This document shows, in pieces, positions 30,469 to 40,381 of a DNA stretch of 64,000 bases. Below the pieces are notes generated by a model that was not told where the DNA came from, ran no database searches, and saw nothing but the letters and a program-made list of their open reading frames with translations. This DNA comes from a phage. The stretch's first letter is position 1; every line of letters starts with the position of its first letter. The translations under genes were made by a program, and so were the position numbers. The stretch lies in the sequence record OZ335964.1. One strand, given 5' to 3'.

Positions 30469-32141
30469 ATGACGCATTAACATCATTTCGCGGAATGCGT
30501 AAAGACGCAGAAAATAATCCGCTTGATAAATTGGACAAATTAGATAAGCTGGATTCTATTGATAATCTTCAAGCTGCCAGTGAATTGGTAGCAGAGACAG
30601 TAGAACAAAAATCTAATGAAGTTATTGGAGCGGTGGAGGATAACACCGCTGCTAACGAATTGACGGCAGAGAATACCCAATCTACCGCCAGCAATACCCA
30701 AAAATCTTATGAGGAATTACAAAAACTGAATGATTTCTCTTCTCAAATGAACGAGAAATTACGCGGTTTTGGGATCATGATGGAACGCCGATTCAGTGTC
30801 GTTTCTAAGATCACCAGTGGCCTAGACGCAATTGAAAAGGCCATTAAGGACGAAAAACAGCCGGAACAGACTATGCCATCTCCTCAACCAGTTTTGCCTA
30901 CTGTACCGGAACAGCAAAATAACAATAACTATCCTACGTTACCTAAGAAACCTAAAGACGATAAGAAAAATAAAGATAAGAATAGCGACCATGACAATAA
31001 TATGCAAATGCTAATAAAAGTGGTTCGCGGTGGATTTAAAGAGACAGTCGGTGTAACAAACAAGATATTCTCTATGCTGTTCAAAATGACAGTGACCGCA
31101 TTGCTTGAAGTTGCTAAATGGGGTGCTATTCTTCTGGGGATCGTTGTTGCTGTTGATACTCTAATGATTCATTTTAGACACTGGAGCACATTATTTGACA
31201 AGAATTTCAAAGAATTTAAAGACAAGGCGGGTGATTGGGGACCTACGCTAGATAAAATTTTTAGTTCTGTTGAAAGTATACAAAACTATTGGGAAAATAA
31301 AGAATATGGTGAGCTTGTAGCTGAGCTTGTAACTGGTTTAACTGATGTATTGATAGATGCATTTTTTCAGCTTGACCGGATAATAACTAAAGGTCTTGCG
31401 TCAGTCCTTCGTTCTATTCCCGGTATGGGATCATTAGCGGATACTTTAGAGTATGGTGCATTGAAACAAGCACAATCTCGCAGTGGCATTAAAATGGATG
31501 ACCGAGAAAAAGCATTATATGCTCGTATGTCGAAAGAAGAAGATATTAAGAAAGGTATGCAGACTAAAGCAAAACTAGCAAATCAACAATATAGTGATGT
31601 TGCTAGTATGCAGGTTGAGCCTATTTTAACTAAACAAGAAACCTATGAAATTAATAGGATGAAAGAACTAAAAACTGTTAGTGATGATGCTTACAGAAAG
31701 AGCAGTGATATTACGGTTGATATCGAGGGTGATATGGTTAAAAATATCTCTATGTTAAAGACTGTGAAGCCAGGAACTCGACCGGATAAATTGTCTGTTC
31801 TTGATAAAGATGTTAACGAACATCGTAAAGCATTGGATAATCCAGATTTGCTTTCTACCGATAAGCAGAAAATTAAAGATCTTCTTGACCAATATGATCA
31901 GATTCGCGCGTCTAAAAATGTTCCTACTGTAACTCCGCCTCCGCCTGATGATACAGATACCGCAAAGCAAGCGAAATCAATAGAGCAAGGGCAATTGCAG
32001 AATATTAGAAACGATAATACGGTTACTAATACTGCTAACGTTGCCAATACGCAGATCTATAACAATAATAGGACAGTGCAGATAACTAGACCTCAAACTA
32101 ATACACCTTCTCCTGGACTATTACAAAAAGGAATAGTTTAA
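30465..32141 (+). CDS. 29: Baseplate hub / tail length determinator gp29-like
   Basis: 558-aa ORF with internal hydrophobic segment, in gp29 position. Confidence 0.75.
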   Translation: MNDALTSFRGMRKDAENNPLDKLDKLDKLDSIDNLQAASELVAETVEQKSNEVIGAVEDNTAANELTAENTQSTASNTQKSYEELQKLNDFSSQMNEKLRGFGIMMERRFSVVSKITSGLDAIEKAIKDEKQPEQTMPSPQPVLPTVPEQQNNNNYPTLPKKPKDDKKNKDKNSDHDNNMQMLIKVVRGGFKETVGVTNKIFSMLFKMTVTALLEVAKWGAILLGIVVAVDTLMIHFRHWSTLFDKNFKEFKDKAGDWGPTLDKIFSSVESIQNYWENKEYGELVAELVTGLTDVLIDAFFQLDRIITKGLASVLRSIPGMGSLADTLEYGALKQAQSRSGIKMDDREKALYARMSKEEDIKKGMQTKAKLANQQYSDVASMQVEPILTKQETYEINRMKELKTVSDDAYRKSSDITVDIEGDMVKNISMLKTVKPGTRPDKLSVLDKDVNEHRKALDNPDLLSTDKQKIKDLLDQYDQIRASKNVPTVTPPPPDDTDTAKQAKSIEQGQLQNIRNDNTVTNTANVANTQIYNNNRTVQITRPQTNTPSPGLLQKGIV

Positions 32142-32142
32142 T

Positions 32143-33189
32143 ATGAAAATTCAAATTTTGGATGATGCTAAAGATACTATTAATCGGGGTATCAAAGCAT
32201 CTGCTGGGTTTACTAAAAAACCAGATAATACAACATTAACCGCACAATTTCCGTCTGAACGAGCTAGCGGTAATGATACTTCTGGTATATACATAAATGA
32301 CCTTTATAATAACGGCTTGTTGTTTACTGCCTATGATTATAAAGAGCGTGTTACCGGTTCTCTTCGAAATTTCAGAAACGAACATAGTACATTGCGTGGA
32401 TTTGGTGCACAAGGAAAGATAAGCGACAAGGAATTTTATCAAACATCTTTTGATCGCGAGGCTGTTGCTAATATCCTACTTCCTCGTAGTCAATCCGATG
32501 TTGACTCGGTGAGTCATAAGTTTAATGATGTGGGTGAATCTCTCGTTACACGTGGTGGTGGCACTATTTCTGGTGCGTTGTCTGCTATGGCATCAACCGC
32601 CGTATTTGGTGGTTTGGAGAGTTTAACGGGTGGTTATCTTGCCGATAAAAACGAACAGATTTATAATACCGCTCGTAGCATGTATGCTGGCGCAGATCCT
32701 AGAACTAAAAACTATGTTTGGCACTTAACACCACGTAGTATTGAAGACCTGCGCAATATATTGATTATCTATGAAACTTTTGTAGAATTGTCTTATGGTT
32801 CCAGCGGTATTTCTAGCACAGCAAAGCAATTAAAAGCGGAAGTTGATGCATGGTATAAAAAGACAATTCTTTCTAAGACGGTTCCAGAAGGAGCGGATAC
32901 TTCCGGTACTTTGTTTGAGGGCATAACAGACTTTTTGACCAACGTGACCACGGTATCGAATCCGACTATATGGATGATCTCTAACTTTGGTAAACGTTCT
33001 GCTTATGAAGGTCGTAGCGACGTTTTCGGTCCAGCGCAAATTACTAACGTAAGGCTTGACAAATCACCAGACGGTAAATTTGGTGGTTTGGCTATTTCTC
33101 CTAACTTGCCTAGTACCTTCGTTCTGGAAGTATCGTTCAGGGAGATTCTTACTCTTTCTCGCGGTACTGTGTTTGGGAGTTCATTATAA
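32143..33189 (+). CDS. 48: Baseplate tail-tube cap gp48-like
   Basis: 348-aa ORF in gp48 position and size range. Confidence 0.8.
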   Translation: MKIQILDDAKDTINRGIKASAGFTKKPDNTTLTAQFPSERASGNDTSGIYINDLYNNGLLFTAYDYKERVTGSLRNFRNEHSTLRGFGAQGKISDKEFYQTSFDREAVANILLPRSQSDVDSVSHKFNDVGESLVTRGGGTISGALSAMASTAVFGGLESLTGGYLADKNEQIYNTARSMYAGADPRTKNYVWHLTPRSIEDLRNILIIYETFVELSYGSSGISSTAKQLKAEVDAWYKKTILSKTVPEGADTSGTLFEGITDFLTNVTTVSNPTIWMISNFGKRSAYEGRSDVFGPAQITNVRLDKSPDGKFGGLAISPNLPSTFVLEVSFREILTLSRGTVFGSSL

Positions 33190-34118
33190 TGTTTGATTTA
33201 AAAGATTTCAACGAACAAGCCGCAAATCTTGATTTTCAGCGTTCTAATCTATTTTCGGTGGCATTTGCCACCGTTCCTAGTAGCAAGACACAGCAAATTT
33301 TAGAAAATTTTGGTGGTGCTATTCATGATATTATACCAGGTAAATTAAATGATTATTTTGGTATCACAGAGGGTGATTATACCGATGCTGTAAAAAATTT
33401 GGCTATACATGGAGTGCGCAGAGCCGTTACATCGTCAGGTGTCAAAAAGTATCTTTTGGGTGCAATGTCATCCCGTGTAGTTCAATCTCTTTTGGGGCAA
33501 TTTGAAGTTGGTACATATGTCATGGATTGGTTCAACATGGCATATAAGACAAGCGGTTTGATGGTATATGCTGTTAAGGTTCCAGAAAACCGATTGAGTT
33601 ATGAAATGGACAGAAACCACAATGCGCCTAACATTAGAATTACTGGACGTGATTATGACCCGTTGATTCTTAGCTTTAGAATGGACGCTAGCGCGTCTAA
33701 TTACAGGGCGATGCAGGATTGGGTTAACTCTGTAGAAGACCCCGTTACAGGGCTTCGTGCGCTTCCTGTAGACGTTGAAGCAGATATTCAAGTTAACCTA
33801 CATAATCGCATGGGTGTACCTCACACTATCATGATGTTTAATGGTTGTGTTCCTGTTGGGGTTAGTGCACCTGAGTTGAGTTATGAAAACAACAACGAGA
33901 TCACTACATTCGACGTGACGTTTGCTTATAGGACAATGCAAGTTGGTGCTGTTGGTGAGCAAGCCGCTAGAGAATGGATTGAAGATAAGGCCATAAACCT
34001 TATTCAAAATACTATAGGTGAGGGTAAAACAGGTTCATTAACTTCTGCTGGTAGTGCATTATCTAGATTGCAGGGTGTTGGTGGTAGGGTAGTTAATACT
34101 ATCACTAGATTATTTTAA
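33189..34118 (+). CDS. 54: Baseplate tail-tube initiator gp54-like
   Basis: 309-aa ORF in gp54 position; bidirectional terminator follows. Confidence 0.8.
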   Translation: MFDLKDFNEQAANLDFQRSNLFSVAFATVPSSKTQQILENFGGAIHDIIPGKLNDYFGITEGDYTDAVKNLAIHGVRRAVTSSGVKKYLLGAMSSRVVQSLLGQFEVGTYVMDWFNMAYKTSGLMVYAVKVPENRLSYEMDRNHNAPNIRITGRDYDPLILSFRMDASASNYRAMQDWVNSVEDPVTGLRALPVDVEADIQVNLHNRMGVPHTIMMFNGCVPVGVSAPELSYENNNEITTFDVTFAYRTMQVGAVGEQAAREWIEDKAINLIQNTIGEGKTGSLTSAGSALSRLQGVGGRVVNTITRLF

Positions 34119-34121
34119 TAC

Positions 34122-34148
34122 AAAAAGGGGGCAAATGCCCCCTTTTTT
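34122..34148. terminator. Bidirectional terminator between gene 54 and the convergent lipoprotein gene
   Basis: AAAAA-GGGGGC-AAAT-GCCCCC-TTTTTT. Confidence 0.75.
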
Positions 34149-34653
34149 AATTTAGCAGATCTTCACACTGTTTACGCAGTTTATGACGATATTCTTTAGA
34201 TTGCAGTAGTTGTACTTTTTCATAATCCCCTATTTCATATGCATTTGAGAGATCATCCTGATATGCTGCCTCTGTACCAATTCGGCAAATGTCGTATTGA
34301 CGGGCTTTTTTCAAATCTAATTGTTCTCTCTCAAATTCTTTTCTTCGTTTTTCTTCTCGCTCTTGATACTTTTTATTTTGATATTCGATGTTGCTCTTAA
34401 TCTCTGCAATTCGTTGCTGTGCTTCTTGTGGCAATCCTACACGCAAAGCGGCTTCATCTTTTTTCTGTAACAGGTCGATAACACAGTATTCTGGTTCTTG
34501 ATAAGTCTGATTACCATGTGGATGGTAGTACCAACGAGCGCAATGTTCTTCGATTGACTGTATAGAAGCCGTAGCCGTTCGATAGTCTTTAATATTAGCA
34601 CAACCAGTTAACATGAATACAGCCGCAAGTCCGATTGGTTTAATCATTTTCAT
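34147..34653 (-). CDS. Predicted lipoprotein
   Basis: Signal peptide with lipobox (AAVFMLTGC); charged helical remainder; translationally coupled to the upstream ART-like gene. Confidence 0.55.
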   Translation of the reverse strand: MKMIKPIGLAAVFMLTGCANIKDYRTATASIQSIEEHCARWYYHPHGNQTYQEPEYCVIDLLQKKDEAALRVGLPQEAQQRIAEIKSNIEYQNKKYQEREEKRRKEFEREQLDLKKARQYDICRIGTEAAYQDDLSNAYEIGDYEKVQLLQSKEYRHKLRKQCEDLLN

Positions 34654-35474
34654 TTAGTCACCTCACCGAAAATTGTAAATTGTCTACGATTCTCATCGCC
34701 GAAAGATTCTACTACGTCGTTTACCTTTATGCAAGTCCCGCGCGGTAAAATTACTTCACATTCGCAAGGATTCCATGCAATTGACCCAACAACAAAACCT
34801 TTATGATCTTTTACGTCAATTACCCATGATACATTACAAGAATGTTGCATCTTTCCGGTCATTGATTCATATCGATTCTCACAATAAAGGCTAGTGCTAT
34901 TTGAAAGCCAGCCTCCAAAGATGATCGGTGTCATGCTGGTCGACACAAAGTTTTTAAAGGTAAATTCCTTATCTTCAATAATACGCTCTATTGTCTGAAT
35001 GTCAAGATGTTGACCGCGATAAAGAGTACCGTTTAACTTTTCGGTTTTATCCATGACACAATCCATCAAATCGACGATCTCTGATATCTCATCGGTCATG
35101 TCTTCTTCCCCTAAGAGAGCACCATTTACCCATTCGTATTGTTCAGACACATAATCACAGATTGCATTATATTCTGCTGGGGTTATGTTGTTATGTTTGT
35201 AATGTTTGAACACATTATCTCCAAAGTCTTCAGAGTGTACTTCATACATCACATTAATGATTTTCTTGACAAATCCATAATCTTGTGTCTCGCGCTCAAG
35301 GAAGCGGATAACATTCACGTAATCATCAAAGTTAATCTGATCGCTGATCATCTCAGTGATCATGTAACCATTAATCCCCTCAATGTCATATGTTTCAATA
35401 TAATTGTCCATACGTTCCATCATTGATTCGCGTGATTCTTCCGAAAGACGAAAATCCTGTAATTTCTTGAACAT
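34650..35474 (-). CDS. Alt-like ADP-ribosyltransferase paralog
   Basis: R-S-E triad context: LYRGQ, FVSTSM, CECEVILPRG, parallel to the motifs in the alt-like ORF. Confidence 0.6.
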   Translation of the reverse strand: MFKKLQDFRLSEESRESMMERMDNYIETYDIEGINGYMITEMISDQINFDDYVNVIRFLERETQDYGFVKKIINVMYEVHSEDFGDNVFKHYKHNNITPAEYNAICDYVSEQYEWVNGALLGEEDMTDEISEIVDLMDCVMDKTEKLNGTLYRGQHLDIQTIERIIEDKEFTFKNFVSTSMTPIIFGGWLSNSTSLYCENRYESMTGKMQHSCNVSWVIDVKDHKGFVVGSIAWNPCECEVILPRGTCIKVNDVVESFGDENRRQFTIFGEVTK

Positions 35475-35552
35475 TTTAAACCTCCCATATAACAGAAAAC
35501 GGGGCTAGTATAAAACTAGTCCCCGTTTGAGTCAACCATTATTTCTTAAAAA

Positions 35553-37604
35553 TTACATTTTAAATTTATCTGGCATAGCGTCTACAGATACCAGATCAGC
35601 GATAAGCTGACGTAGAGTTGCCTTATCTGCTTTCTTACGTTCGGTTTTAGCTTCGGTAATAAAGCTGGAGAAAGACAGGTCAGAAGCAGGTTTAACAACA
35701 CCTTCACGGATGAATGCATCACCGTCCGCGATCATCTCGCCAGATTCTTGTAATGCTGCCAGTTCATTTTTGTTCATAATATGTGCCTCAATGTAATAAG
35801 TTTCTTGTGAATCCGTCGATGCCGTAGCACGAGTTACCGTATCAAAGGATAACACAACACCGCGAGGAAGTAAAATCTCGCATTCTTTGTAAGCAAATGC
35901 TTTGTTACCTACTGGCAATACAGGGATGTTTTCCGCGCCAGCAATGGAGAAAGCAACATTAGCGCCACCTTCACCGCGAGATCCAGCCATAGAATCTACA
36001 CCAGCAACGGCACTAGCCACGTTTGCATTCCAGCCACCAAAAATGTTAGGTGCAAGGGAAGTGCTCACATAGTTTTTAAAGTAAAACGCTTTTTGCTTAC
36101 GTGCAGTTTCCCACATTTGAGACCGGAAGTCCATACCACGATACAGAATAGTACCAGGATCAAGTTTAACGCCATAGTTAGAGAAGGCATTATCCAGTGC
36201 ATCGCACATCTTGACCAATTCTTCTGGATCTGCGATGCCTTCAAACTCTTCCAGCTTACGGTCGGTTAGGAAGTTGTTCATATTGATGTATGCTGCATCG
36301 GCATATTCGCTCAACACAAAACCTTCCGCGCCAGGCAGATCAAGATCAATATCTGCCATCATTTCACCCATGTTGCTAGCAATTGCTTCAAACATACCGG
36401 AAGCAACATTACGTAGGGCATCGGTTTTAATCTGGGTGATATGACTACGCAGCATTTCAGCTTTTACATCTGCTGGCATAGACTGGTCTACTCGATCCAT
36501 TGCCAGTGCGGTGATCTTGTTTTCGAATACTTCCTCGCTCATGATTTCTTTTAAGCGTTTGATTGATGCTGCGATAACTTCCGCAGACAACGGATCATAT
36601 TGATCCTGAACTTTTACCAGTTCACTTACTGCGTATTTTGCATCGGCTTCGCTTTCAAAAATAGTACGCATGAAACCATAGCGAGTGATAATATCACTTG
36701 TCCAGTCATTCAGAGAACGGGCGGTTGAACGTTCTAAGGCTTGACGATCAATCAGAGTATTAAACTGTTTCTTAGGTTCGGCTTCGGTGATATCTTCTTC
36801 CGGTTTAAGATTAATTTTTTCTGGATGATTCACATAGTCGCTGTTATAGGTCGCTTGAGTTTTCAGCATTTCTTCTTTAGTCAAACGAGACTTAGCCGCT
36901 ACACGTTGTTCTGCTTCCGCGTTTCGTTCTTCTTCTGATGCAAGGCTAGCCGCATACGCTTCATCTTTAGTCAGAGATTCACCAGTAGCTTTAGATACCC
37001 AGCGATCACCTAAATCACTTTCTACTTTAGTGAACAGGGAATCATCAAGTTTAATCCCTTTAATCTTATCAATCGACATCCCGCGACGCTTGACAACAAC
37101 TAAAGCGATCTTTTTGCTGGTCATTACTTCCTGCTGGAATACTTCAAACTTAGGAGTACGACGCACCAAACGCTCTATAACGCGCTTAACCAGTTCGGTC
37201 TTACCTTTCATGCGGGATACGTTAAAACGGAACATAACAGCGTCTAATTGCGCTTTACGGGCTGTTTCCATAACCACATCAAAAGCACTTGCCATAACTG
37301 CAATCGGGTTATCGCCTAGACCATTTTTAAGCTGTACAATACGACCGCTTTTGTTCATCTCGCACAGTACAACATGTGCGGTCTTGTCACCCATACGAAT
37401 GATTTTAGGTGTTTTGTTGGTGAAGTTACAAAGACGGACAATCACATCTTTATCGCGTGTCTGTACTGCAAAAAGCTGTTTAGGGTTCTGCTTAGGCTTT
37501 AAGCACTGTACCGGAGCAATACTACCAAAGTTTTCTTCCTCTTCCGTCAACAGCCATTTCTCGAAAGATTCAATCATTAGATCGTCGATTTCTAAGTTAA
37601 ACAT
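35553..37604 (-). CDS. alt: Alt ADP-ribosyltransferase (internal head protein)
   Basis: 683 aa, T4 Alt-sized; C-terminal ART motifs ILYRGMD, YVSTSL, ECEILLPRG; position after gene 54. Confidence 0.8.
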   Translation of the reverse strand: MFNLEIDDLMIESFEKWLLTEEEENFGSIAPVQCLKPKQNPKQLFAVQTRDKDVIVRLCNFTNKTPKIIRMGDKTAHVVLCEMNKSGRIVQLKNGLGDNPIAVMASAFDVVMETARKAQLDAVMFRFNVSRMKGKTELVKRVIERLVRRTPKFEVFQQEVMTSKKIALVVVKRRGMSIDKIKGIKLDDSLFTKVESDLGDRWVSKATGESLTKDEAYAASLASEEERNAEAEQRVAAKSRLTKEEMLKTQATYNSDYVNHPEKINLKPEEDITEAEPKKQFNTLIDRQALERSTARSLNDWTSDIITRYGFMRTIFESEADAKYAVSELVKVQDQYDPLSAEVIAASIKRLKEIMSEEVFENKITALAMDRVDQSMPADVKAEMLRSHITQIKTDALRNVASGMFEAIASNMGEMMADIDLDLPGAEGFVLSEYADAAYINMNNFLTDRKLEEFEGIADPEELVKMCDALDNAFSNYGVKLDPGTILYRGMDFRSQMWETARKQKAFYFKNYVSTSLAPNIFGGWNANVASAVAGVDSMAGSRGEGGANVAFSIAGAENIPVLPVGNKAFAYKECEILLPRGVVLSFDTVTRATASTDSQETYYIEAHIMNKNELAALQESGEMIADGDAFIREGVVKPASDLSFSSFITEAKTERKKADKATLRQLIADLVSVDAMPDKFKM

Positions 37605-37645
37605 TTTATATCCTCTAGTTGATAACCTATAAACCTATATTTATG

Positions 37646-37672
37646 AAAAAAGGGGCTTAACGCCCCCTTTTT
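37646..37672. terminator. Bidirectional-type terminator upstream of alt
   Basis: AAAAAA-GGGGC-TTAAC-GCCCC-CTTTTT. Confidence 0.65.
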
Positions 37673-37673
37673 A

Positions 37674-37886
37674 TTATAATGCACCATCAAGCAATTGCTC
37701 TAAGGTGTATCCTGAATAGTCTTTTTCAATCAGGATATATTTTCCTACTCGTTTAATCCAGCCACGCATTTCAACGTATTCTGCGTAGTTGATAGTGCGA
37801 GTTGTTCCATCTTCTAGCAAAGCAGTACCGATTTCGTTAATGCGGTCATAAGTTACGTCGGTGATGATGATTTCGATGTTAGCCAT
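37674..37886 (-). CDS. Hypothetical protein
   Basis: 70-aa ORF behind a conserved early promoter cassette. Confidence 0.5.
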   Translation of the reverse strand: MANIEIIITDVTYDRINEIGTALLEDGTTRTINYAEYVEMRGWIKRVGKYILIEKDYSGYTLEQLLDGAL

Positions 37887-37921
37887 TTGATACTCCTTAG
37901 TAGTTCGTTTCGGTATGTGTG

Positions 37922-37950
37922 CATTATAGGGGATCGATGATCCCCTGTCA
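37922..37950 (-). promoter_or_regulatory. Early sigma70-like promoter cassette (TTGACA-N17-TATAAT) with palindromic spacer
   Basis: Minus strand: AAAAAGTTGTTGACA GGGGATCATCGATCCCC TATAAT, then conserved leader ACCGAAACGAAC and RBS before ORF 37886. Confidence 0.6.
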
Positions 37951-37958
37951 ACAACTTT

Positions 37959-38477
37959 TTAGTTATTTTTTAATTGCTCATCTTGCAATAAAGCAATCAC
38001 ATGCTGGCGATGTTCTTCCGACTGAGGCACACCGAAAAAGTTTGTTTTGTAGAAATACTCTAATCGGTCTTCTCGTGTGCTCTCTTCCATCATGATCGCG
38101 GGTAGTCCGAGATTTCGGAAACGTCGCTTTTCTGCTGGCGTAAAATCGCTGTAATACAGCATAGAATCATCATTACCAGCAATGCTAAACTCATCCTTCA
38201 TGAAAGAGAATATTGCGTTTAAACGCTGTTTACCGTCCACGATTTCGATCTCATAGCGAGAGCCATCATCAATCTTAGCCATTGCGATAGCACCAACCGG
38301 AAAATCATTAATCAGGTTTTCGATAAACATACGTTTGTTTTCTGTGTCCCATACTAAAGGACGCTGATAATCTGGGTTCATGTTGATAAAGCCATCTTCT
38401 AGCCATGCTTCATAGACAGATATGACAAAGTTTTTAGTATTGGTATAGTAACGGCGTTTAGGCGTTAAACGGTTCAT
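37959..38477 (-). CDS. DUF262 / ParB-like domain protein
   Basis: Motifs PDYQRPLVW and IVDGKQRLNAI match the DUF262 (GmrSD N-terminal) signature; start set at MNRLT with RBS AGGAGA. Confidence 0.5.
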   Translation of the reverse strand: MNRLTPKRRYYTNTKNFVISVYEAWLEDGFINMNPDYQRPLVWDTENKRMFIENLINDFPVGAIAMAKIDDGSRYEIEIVDGKQRLNAIFSFMKDEFSIAGNDDSMLYYSDFTPAEKRRFRNLGLPAIMMEESTREDRLEYFYKTNFFGVPQSEEHRQHVIALLQDEQLKNN

Positions 38478-38478
38478 G

Positions 38479-38811
38479 TTATAGTCTCCTGAATGGATCA
38501 TCACGTAAATCAATATCTTTTAAGAACTCATCCCATGAATGGCGGATATTGTTCTTAATTCTCCAGATAAGCGCAGGGATTGAACGCTCTCCCATCTGGA
38601 AGTAAGGATCATATGATCCGTATGCCCAATATGCTACTACAATTCCACAATCAGCGCAATAGTATTCTATTTCACTTGCTGGCGACCAAAGTCCATCAAT
38701 ATGATCGGTGATCTTGCTTTCGATGTTATGGCTATGGCAATCAGGGCAACGGATGCAATGACCTTGTTTATCGTAATTTGACGTTAGCGAATACTTAAAC
38801 AATCTCATCAT
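38479..38811 (-). CDS. Zinc-ribbon protein
   Basis: CIRCPDC...C..C..YYCADC cysteine pairs; translationally coupled between the MTase-like and DUF262-like genes. Confidence 0.45.
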   Translation of the reverse strand: MMRLFKYSLTSNYDKQGHCIRCPDCHSHNIESKITDHIDGLWSPASEIEYYCADCGIVVAYWAYGSYDPYFQMGERSIPALIWRIKNNIRHSWDEFLKDIDLRDDPFRRL

Positions 38812-39572
38812 AGATCCTTATTGGCTTCAAATACTGCCTTTGCGAATCCTCGCGGGGTAAGTGACCTGATAGTCTTTGTTCTGGTTCCTTTCCCGCCTAG
38901 CTTAGAATGCTGTTTACTGTACCCTTTCTCAATCGGCAACGGTTTCTTTTCTGGCATTATAAAGCCTTGTCCGGTCCATAAGCAAGTCTTTTTCGGGTAC
39001 ATATCACGGGCGGCAATATACTCAGGAAACGTAGGATGTATATCATCTTCCGGCAAATAACCGCCATATTCCCACGGGTGGAACATGTAATCAGGCTTAC
39101 GCCACATGCTAGAGATAACGCTTACAGGATTCTCTATCATGTAGGGAACTCCTAGCCATTCACCCAAATAAGCTGTTATTTTAGCTGCCCGTACATCATG
39201 AACTTGAATTAATGGTCCTTGCTCTCGTTTCTTTCGTTCAAAGTGTGCAGCGCCACTAACAGCTAAATTTGAACAGCTAGGAAACGCAAAGATCATATCC
39301 GGTTTGCCCCATTCAAGATCCATCGCCCTTTCCAACCAATCCAGATCTATCCATGAATTAACATAAGTTAAATTTGGGTGTTCAAATCGAGTGTTATACT
39401 TTTTATATGTTCCATGATCGGCATCATCAGCATTAAAGCAGATCACTTTATGACCTGCTTTAGCCCATTCTAGACCCATAATACCGGACCCATCGAATGT
39501 ACAAAATATAAGTTTACTTTCCGTGGTTTTCATGATAGCCATACTCTCTTTCTGCTTTGGTTCTAACTGCAA
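38808..39572 (-). CDS. SAM-dependent methyltransferase-like protein, possibly DNA cytosine-C5 type
   Basis: Motifs FDGSGIMG (motif I-like), FPSCSNLAVSG (PC-like), MIENP (ENV-like); true start probably an internal Met because of overlap with the upstream HNH gene. Confidence 0.4.
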   Translation of the reverse strand: MQLEPKQKESMAIMKTTESKLIFCTFDGSGIMGLEWAKAGHKVICFNADDADHGTYKKYNTRFEHPNLTYVNSWIDLDWLERAMDLEWGKPDMIFAFPSCSNLAVSGAAHFERKKREQGPLIQVHDVRAAKITAYLGEWLGVPYMIENPVSVISSMWRKPDYMFHPWEYGGYLPEDDIHPTFPEYIAARDMYPKKTCLWTGQGFIMPEKKPLPIEKGYSKQHSKLGGKGTRTKTIRSLTPRGFAKAVFEANKDL

Positions 39573-40050
39573 CGGCTTCTTCTAGTGTGTCGAAACACCC
39601 TAGATATTTTCTATCACCGCGTCGACCGCCGCCAATTCTAACTACCCATTTATTGTATTTGTTTTTATGTATTCCACTATGTCCGCTTGTATTCTTTTTA
39701 GACTTTGTTTGATTTCTCATGTTGTCGCGGTGTAGTTTAAGTTCAAAGTTAACCGCTCTATTATCTGTCTTAATGTGATTAATATGATCTACTTCATATC
39801 CTTCTGGTATAGGTCCATTGTGGATAATATAACATACTCGATGAACTTTGTAGTTAATAATTTTACCGTCAATTTTTATTGACGATTCAAGATAACGTCC
39901 ACCACTTCCTAGTGACCCGACCTCCTTTCCAGCCCATGCAGCATTCCATTGTTTTATTCTTGATGGGTGTATATCTGTTCTCTCCTTCCATGTAAGGATA
40001 CCAGTGTCAGGATCATAATTAAAGTATTTCTTCCAGTCTATATTGTTCAC
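39514..40050 (-). CDS. HNH homing endonuclease with AP2 DNA-binding domain
   Basis: HNH core (YEVDHINHIKTDNRAVN) and AP2-like region (KWVVRIGGGRRGDRKYLGCFDTLEEAVAVR). Confidence 0.75.
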   Translation of the reverse strand: MNNIDWKKYFNYDPDTGILTWKERTDIHPSRIKQWNAAWAGKEVGSLGSGGRYLESSIKIDGKIINYKVHRVCYIIHNGPIPEGYEVDHINHIKTDNRAVNFELKLHRDNMRNQTKSKKNTSGHSGIHKNKYNKWVVRIGGGRRGDRKYLGCFDTLEEAVAVRTKAEREYGYHENHGK

Positions 40051-40298
40051 GCTGCCCCCATTGGTTTGATAGTAACAGAATCTAAAAGACCTTTGTTAGC
40101 CAGTTCGCGGCAAGTTTTCAGATCCGTAACTTCCCAGCCAGCCGCAATCAGGTTATCAATCAGGCTGTTAGCAACTTCTTCGCTCATGAAAGAGCACTGT
40201 TTGCCGATGGTGTAGCGTACACGCTGTAATTTCAGTTTACGGAAGCCTTTAACGTTCAGGTCTTTAGCGATTTTCTTTGCGGTTTCGATGTTAGCCAT
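40047..40298 (-). CDS. Hypothetical protein
   Basis: 83-aa ORF directly downstream of an early promoter cassette. Confidence 0.5.
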   Translation of the reverse strand: MANIETAKKIAKDLNVKGFRKLKLQRVRYTIGKQCSFMSEEVANSLIDNLIAAGWEVTDLKTCRELANKGLLDSVTIKPMGAA

Positions 40299-40338
40299 TG
40301 TTTGATTCTCCTAAGTGGTATCTCGTCTTGATGTTTGT

Positions 40339-40368
40339 ATTGTAGGGGATCTCCCGATCCCCTGTCAA
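40339..40368 (-). promoter_or_regulatory. Early promoter cassette (TTGACA-N18-TACAAT), palindromic spacer
   Basis: Spacer GGGGATCGGGAGATCCC; conserved leader and RBS AGGAGA before ORF 40298. Confidence 0.55.
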
Positions 40369-40381
40369 CAACTTTTTTAGA

